A stretch of 63,635 nt of DNA from an uncultured bacterium (GTDB taxonomy: Bacteria; Pseudomonadota; Gammaproteobacteria; Burkholderiales; Burkholderiaceae_E): assembly GCA_903864485.1 (NCBI GenBank), contig CAIPGD010000079.1, positions 1 to 63,635 of the forward strand. Direction: 5' to 3'. The notes beneath the pieces are model-generated. The model was given only the letters and a program-made list of their open reading frames with translations. It did no database searches and was not told where the DNA came from. Below, in pieces: positions 58,892-63,635 of this stretch; position 1 is the stretch's first letter; each line of letters starts with the position of its first letter. The position numbers and the translations under genes are program-made.

Positions 58892-59545
58892 ATGATTAAG
58901 CTTGGTGGATTTTCAGCCAGTAACTACTACAACAAAGTCAAACTCGCGCTGCTTGAAAAAGCGGTTCCGTTTGAGGAATCCTTGCAATGGCCGAGCGGTG
59001 ACGTGGCGGTTCGCGCCAACAGCCCACTGGGCAAGATCCCTTTCCTGCTCACTGAACAGGGGGCCTTATGTGAATCGCAGGTCATCTGCGACTGGCTCGA
59101 GGCGTCGTTTCCAACGCCAGCGCTCATGCCAGCTGATCCGTTTGAAGCCGCCAAAGTCCGCGAATTGATCGTGTTCCTAGAGCTACACCTCGAGCTGGTG
59201 GCAAGGCGATTATTTCCGCAGGCTTTTTTTGGGCGTACGGTATCCGAAGAGGTGCAGACGGCAACCCGAAAAGAGCTCGAGCGAAACATCAAGGCCTTTA
59301 GTCAGCTTGCGAAATTCAGCCCTTTTGTAGCCGGCCCGACGTTTACGCTGGCTGACTGCGCGGCAATTGTTCACTTGCCGCTGCTCTCGATGGTCGGCAA
59401 ATCCATTTGGGGCGAAGACCCGCTCGAGGGGCTCCCGGTCAAGGAGTATCTCCAGATGGTTTCCGAGCGCCCAACCGTGGTGCGTGTTCAGGCAGACCGC
59501 AAGGCCGGGCAAGCAGCCTTCGCCGCCTACGTGAGCGGACGCTGA
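58892..59545 (+). CDS. glutathione S-transferase family protein
   Basis: Thioredoxin-like N-domain (GKIPFL...ESQVICDWLE) and a helical C-domain of typical GST length. GGGAGA lies upstream. Confidence 0.8.
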   Translation: MIKLGGFSASNYYNKVKLALLEKAVPFEESLQWPSGDVAVRANSPLGKIPFLLTEQGALCESQVICDWLEASFPTPALMPADPFEAAKVRELIVFLELHLELVARRLFPQAFFGRTVSEEVQTATRKELERNIKAFSQLAKFSPFVAGPTFTLADCAAIVHLPLLSMVGKSIWGEDPLEGLPVKEYLQMVSERPTVVRVQADRKAGQAAFAAYVSGR

Positions 59546-59548
59546 ACC

Positions 59549-61477
59549 TCAGGGGCTCAGGGCTTCAAGATCGCTTGTCACGCTGAGCCAGTCACCTTCG
59601 ATCTTTTCGAGCTGATCGACCAGCTCCGAGCGGGCGCGATGCGCCGCAACGACCTGGGGTCCAATTTTTAAAAATGCAGGATCGGACAGTTGGACATCCA
59701 ATTGTTCGATCGCCTGCTGGAGCTGGGTCATCTCCCGTTCGACACGCTGAAGCTTGGACAACAGGGGCTTTCGCAATCGGTCGTTCTGTTGCCGTTGCTG
59801 ATGCGGCGAAGGCAGGGGCAGGCTTGACTGGTTGGCTCGATCTTTCGGTGGGTTCAAGCCGGAGTTCGAGTCTGAATTTCGTGCTTGGTCCGCCAACCAT
59901 TCGCGATAATCCTCGAGATCGCCGTCAAATGGCGACAGTTGACCGCTCGCCACGATCACGAATCGGTCAACCGTTGCGCGCAGCAGCCCGCGGTCGTGCG
60001 AGACAAGTAATAGCGCGCCTTCATAGTCGGCAAGCGCCGCCGTTAGCGCGTCTCGTGCGGAGGCATCGAGGTGGTTCGTCGGTTCATCGAGAACCAGTAG
60101 TTGCGGCCGTGTCCACGCGATGAGGGCAAGCGCAAGCCGGGCTTTCTCGCCACCCGAGAACGGTGCAACCGGCGTCATGGCCTGTTCACCGCGAAAGCCG
60201 AAGCCCGCCAGGAATTCCCGCAAAACCTGTTCGCGCTCCTTGGTCTCGATCCGCTTCAGGTGTTCAAGCGCACTCGATTGCGGGTCCAGACTCTCAACTT
60301 GCCGTTGGGCAAAATAGCCAATCCGGAGAGCTCTCGCGTGGGTGCGGTCGCCCGTGAGTGGGTCCAATTCCGCGACTAAGGTGCGCACGAGCGTTGACTT
60401 CCCTGCGCCATTGCGTCCCAACACACCGACTCGATCGCCCCGACGCAAGTCGAGTTGGGCGTGGCGGACAATCGTAATGGGCGGGTCTGCGGGGTAGCCG
60501 CAATCAACATCGACCAGACTGGCGATCTGTTCGGGCATCTGGTCCGGCGAATCAAATCGCATCGAAGCGGCTGATTCATCCTCTACCAGGACAATACGTT
60601 CGATTCGCTCCAGAGCCTTGACGCGACTCTGGGCCTGCTTTGCTTTGGTCGCCTGCGCTCTGAATCGGGCAACAAACTGTTCGAGTTTCGCGATTCGCTG
60701 CGCCTGGCTATCGGCGAGCTTGCGCTGGAGCCGTTGTCGTTCTGATTGCTGGCGTTCGAACGCACTCCAGCCCCCAGCGTATCGTTGAAGGGTCTGTTGC
60801 TCAAAGTGGAGTACTGCGGTCGCAAACGCATCGACAAAGTCCCGGTCATGCGAGACGACCAAGACAGTGCCATCAAACCGAACCAACCAACGCTCAAGCC
60901 AGAACACTGCGTCAAGGTCCAGGTGGTTGGTCGGTTCATCCAGCAGCAACAAGTCGGCCGGAGTCATCAGGACTCGGGCCAGATCGAGGCGCATTTTCCA
61001 GCCCCCCGAGAGTGAGTCAACAGGCTTGTCGTGATCCTCGACAGAAAATCCGAGCCCATCGAGAAGTTTTGCGGCCCGGGCCGGTGCGCTCCACCCGTCA
61101 AGCTCGTCGAACTCACCATGCAACTGCGCGATCCGCCCACCTTCGACTGGGGATTCGTCGGTCGCGCAGGTCAGTTCCAAGGCTGCCAGTTCGCGCACGA
61201 TCGCGTCGCGGCGCGAGTCGGCACGCAGGACATGCTCGATGAGGGAATGCGACCCCGCCGGGGGGTGCTGTGAAAGACGAGCAATGCGCAGTCGAGGCTG
61301 ATCAATCTCGCCTCGGTCAGGGCTGAGGTCTCCCGCGATCGCCGACAACAGGGTGGTCTTGCCACAACCATTGCGCCCAAGCAGTCCAATCCGCTCGCCA
61401 CGTTCGATGATGCCATCGACCCCGCTCAGAAGAATCCGGCCCCCGCGCGAGAGTTCCAGGCCGGTCAGTCGGATCAT
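59549..61477 (-). CDS. ABC-F family ATPase (two ABC domains, no TM domain, C-terminal coiled coil)
   Basis: Walker A GRNGCGKTTLL and GRNGAGKSTLV, and signatures LSGGWKMRL and FSGGEKARL. ATG 61477 overlaps the prmB stop (ATGA). Confidence 0.9.
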   Translation of the reverse strand: MIRLTGLELSRGGRILLSGVDGIIERGERIGLLGRNGCGKTTLLSAIAGDLSPDRGEIDQPRLRIARLSQHPPAGSHSLIEHVLRADSRRDAIVRELAALELTCATDESPVEGGRIAQLHGEFDELDGWSAPARAAKLLDGLGFSVEDHDKPVDSLSGGWKMRLDLARVLMTPADLLLLDEPTNHLDLDAVFWLERWLVRFDGTVLVVSHDRDFVDAFATAVLHFEQQTLQRYAGGWSAFERQQSERQRLQRKLADSQAQRIAKLEQFVARFRAQATKAKQAQSRVKALERIERIVLVEDESAASMRFDSPDQMPEQIASLVDVDCGYPADPPITIVRHAQLDLRRGDRVGVLGRNGAGKSTLVRTLVAELDPLTGDRTHARALRIGYFAQRQVESLDPQSSALEHLKRIETKEREQVLREFLAGFGFRGEQAMTPVAPFSGGEKARLALALIAWTRPQLLVLDEPTNHLDASARDALTAALADYEGALLLVSHDRGLLRATVDRFVIVASGQLSPFDGDLEDYREWLADQARNSDSNSGLNPPKDRANQSSLPLPSPHQQRQQNDRLRKPLLSKLQRVEREMTQLQQAIEQLDVQLSDPAFLKIGPQVVAAHRARSELVDQLEKIEGDWLSVTSDLEALSP

Positions 61478-62439
61478 GAGGGAAGGGCCGAACGCTCCAG
61501 CAACGCGATCATCTGATCGCCGGCGGGGACTGGAAGCCAAATCGGCATCAAGCCTGGAAACGCAGCCTCGAAGGCTTCGATTTGATGACCGATCTCTAGA
61601 ACCAATAAACCGTCGGCAGTGAGATGCGCGCCAGCCTGCGCGATCACCTGCCGCACAAGGTCCAGACCATCATCTTTCAGATCAGCCGATGCGACTTTTG
61701 CAACGTCGATCTCGGCCACATCGATCTCAGCGGACTGAGCCAAGGCACGCAAACTCAGCCCTCCGTCTAGTCCAAGCGTTGGTTCATGGCGCCATTCGGT
61801 CGGCAGCTTGGCCATCGACTGCGCATCGACGTAGGGCGGGTTACAAAGAATCAGATCGAATTGCAACCCCTCAAGCGGGTCCCAGAGGTGTCCCTGGCGG
61901 AGTTCGATTCGATCCTCAAGCCCGAACAGAGTTAGGTTGTCAGCCGCCAGCGCAAGCGCCTGAGCCGACAAATCGCAGGCGACCACTTGCGCTTCGCTGA
62001 ATGTTTGTGCGGCGATGACGGCGAGACTGCCGCCCCCGGTACATAAATCGAGCACGCGTGTGACGCGATCGGGATCAAGCAACCAAGGCTCGAGCCCCTG
62101 CTGAAGAATCAATCCGATCGGCGATCTGGGGACCAGCGCACGCCGGTCACACAGGAAACGACGCCCCGCAAGCCAGGCCTCTCCAGCCAGGTAAGCCAGC
62201 GGCGCCCGCTGGTTAATCCTTGCCTGTAAAAGCTCTTCAATCTGTGCCTGTTCGGATGCGTCAAGCCTGGCGTCGGATTCAGTATCGATGCGGTCGACCG
62301 GGATGCCGATCGCCACTGCAACGAGCCAGACCGCTTCATCGTAAGCATCATCGCAACCGTGACCGAACGAGAGCTCAGCGCTCTCAAGACGGGCATGGAC
62401 GGCTAGAATGGCCTGATCAATGGTGTCCAAGTGGGTCAC
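61474..62439 (-). CDS. prmB: 50S ribosomal protein L3 glutamine methyltransferase
   Basis: SAM motif VLDLCTGGGSL and catalytic NPPY (ILCNPPYVD). GTG start. Confidence 0.88.
   Translation of the reverse strand: MTHLDTIDQAILAVHARLESAELSFGHGCDDAYDEAVWLVAVAIGIPVDRIDTESDARLDASEQAQIEELLQARINQRAPLAYLAGEAWLAGRRFLCDRRALVPRSPIGLILQQGLEPWLLDPDRVTRVLDLCTGGGSLAVIAAQTFSEAQVVACDLSAQALALAADNLTLFGLEDRIELRQGHLWDPLEGLQFDLILCNPPYVDAQSMAKLPTEWRHEPTLGLDGGLSLRALAQSAEIDVAEIDVAKVASADLKDDGLDLVRQVIAQAGAHLTADGLLVLEIGHQIEAFEAAFPGLMPIWLPVPAGDQMIALLERSALPS
61703..61732 (-). repeat. 15-nt in-frame tandem duplication in prmB
   Basis: acgtcgatctcggcc / acatcgatctcagcg on the plus strand, encoding AEIDVAEIDVA. Confidence 0.85.
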
Positions 62440-62448
62440 AGCGGCCGG

Positions 62449-63606
62449 TCACGCGGGCAGGAGGGTTTCGAGAACCCGGCGATAGATCCCCGCTAGCGGG
62501 GCCATTTCATCGAGTTGAACGTTCTCGTCAATCTTGTGAATGCTGGCATTCGGTGGGCCAAATTCAATCACCTGAGAACAGATCCGGGCAATGAATCGAC
62601 CATCGGACGTCCCGCCAGTGGTTGAGAGAATTGGCCGAAGGCCACACTCCGCGTGGATGGCGTCGGAAAGCGCGGCCGAAAGGTTGCCAGGCTCGGTCAG
62701 GAACGGATGACCGGATAACGACCACTCGATGGCATAGCTGAGCTGGTGTCGATCGAGCACCTCGTGAACCCTGTTTTTAAGAGCGTCAACGGTGCTCTCG
62801 GTCGAGAAGCGGAAATTGAACAGAGCCTGCAATTCACCGGGGATGACGTTGGTTGCACCCGTTCCGGAGTTCAGATTGGACACCTGCCAGGAAGTGGGGG
62901 GGAAGAAGGCGTTGCCGGCATCCCAATGGTGTGCGGCCAACTCAGCCAAGGCGGGTGCAAAGCGATGGATGGGATTGTCAGCTTGGTGGGGATACGCGAT
63001 GTGCCCCTGGATGCCCTTGACGGTTAGCCGACCAGATAGCGAACCTCGGCGACCATTTTTGATCATGTCGCCCAAACGCTCGGATGAGGTGGGTTCCCCC
63101 ACGACACAAAAATCGATCCGCCGGCTTTGCTGTTCGAAGCGGTTCACGATCTGAACGGTACCGTCGGTGGCTGGCCCCTCCTCATCAGACGTCAACAGAA
63201 ACGCCAAACACCCTTGGTACTCCGAACGTGTGGCCACGAAGTCCTCGGCAGCGACCACGAACGCAGCCAGTGAGGTTTTCATGTCGGCTGCACCCCGACC
63301 GTAAAGGCGTCCGTTCCGTTCAGTCGGGACGAAGGGGTCTGAACCCCATGCCTCGAATGGCCCCGGCGGGACGACGTCCGTGTGTCCGGCAAACACAAAT
63401 AATGGCCCTGGACGACCACCATCCCGCTCGGCCCAAAGATTGGTGGTGCCATTGGCAGCCAGGGTCTCGCAGCGGAAGCCGAGGGCGTCGAGGCGCTGCC
63501 TAATTAGGTCCTGACAACCGGCATCCTCGGGGGTTACCGAGCGCTTTGAAATCAGTGCCTCGGTCAGTTTTCGGACCGCCAGAGCCGGGTCTTGATGGAC
63601 GTGCAT
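62449..63606 (-). CDS. dapE: succinyl-diaminopimelate desuccinylase
   Basis: M20 peptidase motifs [17 protein letters not shown] and SDEEG, and ~385 aa typical of DapE. Confidence 0.93.
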   Translation of the reverse strand: MHVHQDPALAVRKLTEALISKRSVTPEDAGCQDLIRQRLDALGFRCETLAANGTTNLWAERDGGRPGPLFVFAGHTDVVPPGPFEAWGSDPFVPTERNGRLYGRGAADMKTSLAAFVVAAEDFVATRSEYQGCLAFLLTSDEEGPATDGTVQIVNRFEQQSRRIDFCVVGEPTSSERLGDMIKNGRRGSLSGRLTVKGIQGHIAYPHQADNPIHRFAPALAELAAHHWDAGNAFFPPTSWQVSNLNSGTGATNVIPGELQALFNFRFSTESTVDALKNRVHEVLDRHQLSYAIEWSLSGHPFLTEPGNLSAALSDAIHAECGLRPILSTTGGTSDGRFIARICSQVIEFGPPNASIHKIDENVQLDEMAPLAGIYRRVLETLLPA

Positions 63607-63635
63607 GGTGGGTTTGTTTGGAATTAGTCGCGTAA

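Overview
The window is a densely coded (roughly 95%) housekeeping segment with betaproteobacterial, Burkholderiales-type gene order. The taxon is inferred from synteny only. Left to right it carries: mdh (partial, reverse strand); sdhCDAB-sdhE-gltA; sucA-sucB-lpdA-zapE; a DUF465 gene and a DinG-like helicase; bamD / rluD-pgeF; the PHA cluster phaC-phaA-phaB-phaR; rimO plus a secreted metallophosphoesterase-like gene; serB-mfd (reverse); ispD-ispF; a reverse-strand rubrerythrin / HdrD-like Fe-S protein / DUF3501 cluster; envZ-ompR (reverse); a small secreted protein coupled to tsaB-rimI and a UDG-like gene; lplT; radA; an SPW-repeat membrane protein; squalene genes hpnC-hpnD-hpnE (reverse); a two-gene RND efflux pump; tRNA-Leu; tig-clpP-clpX-lon-hupB; tRNA-Val and tRNA-Asp; ppiD; mnmH(selU); a DUF1178 gene; a GST; and an ABC-F ATPase with prmB and dapE (reverse). 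I found no transposase, integrase, prophage, CRISPR array, toxin-antitoxin pair or defence island, and the tRNA flanks are ordinary housekeeping genes. I therefore cannot point to a convincing new multi-gene system. The least understood module is the rubrerythrin (no rubredoxin domain) + HdrD-like Fe-S/CCG protein + DUF3501 trio. Other points worth a second look are: a recurring pattern of in-frame tandem repeats inside conserved housekeeping genes (pgeF, rluD, zapE, sdhE, prmB, sucB, one signal peptide); a G9 homopolymer in the zapE Walker-A codons; a 26-bp divergent mfd/ispD gap centred on a palindromic TATA-like box; a cpxP-like arrangement next to ompR-envZ; and many start/stop overlaps linking unrelated genes. 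All family assignments come from motif recognition by eye and no database search was run.
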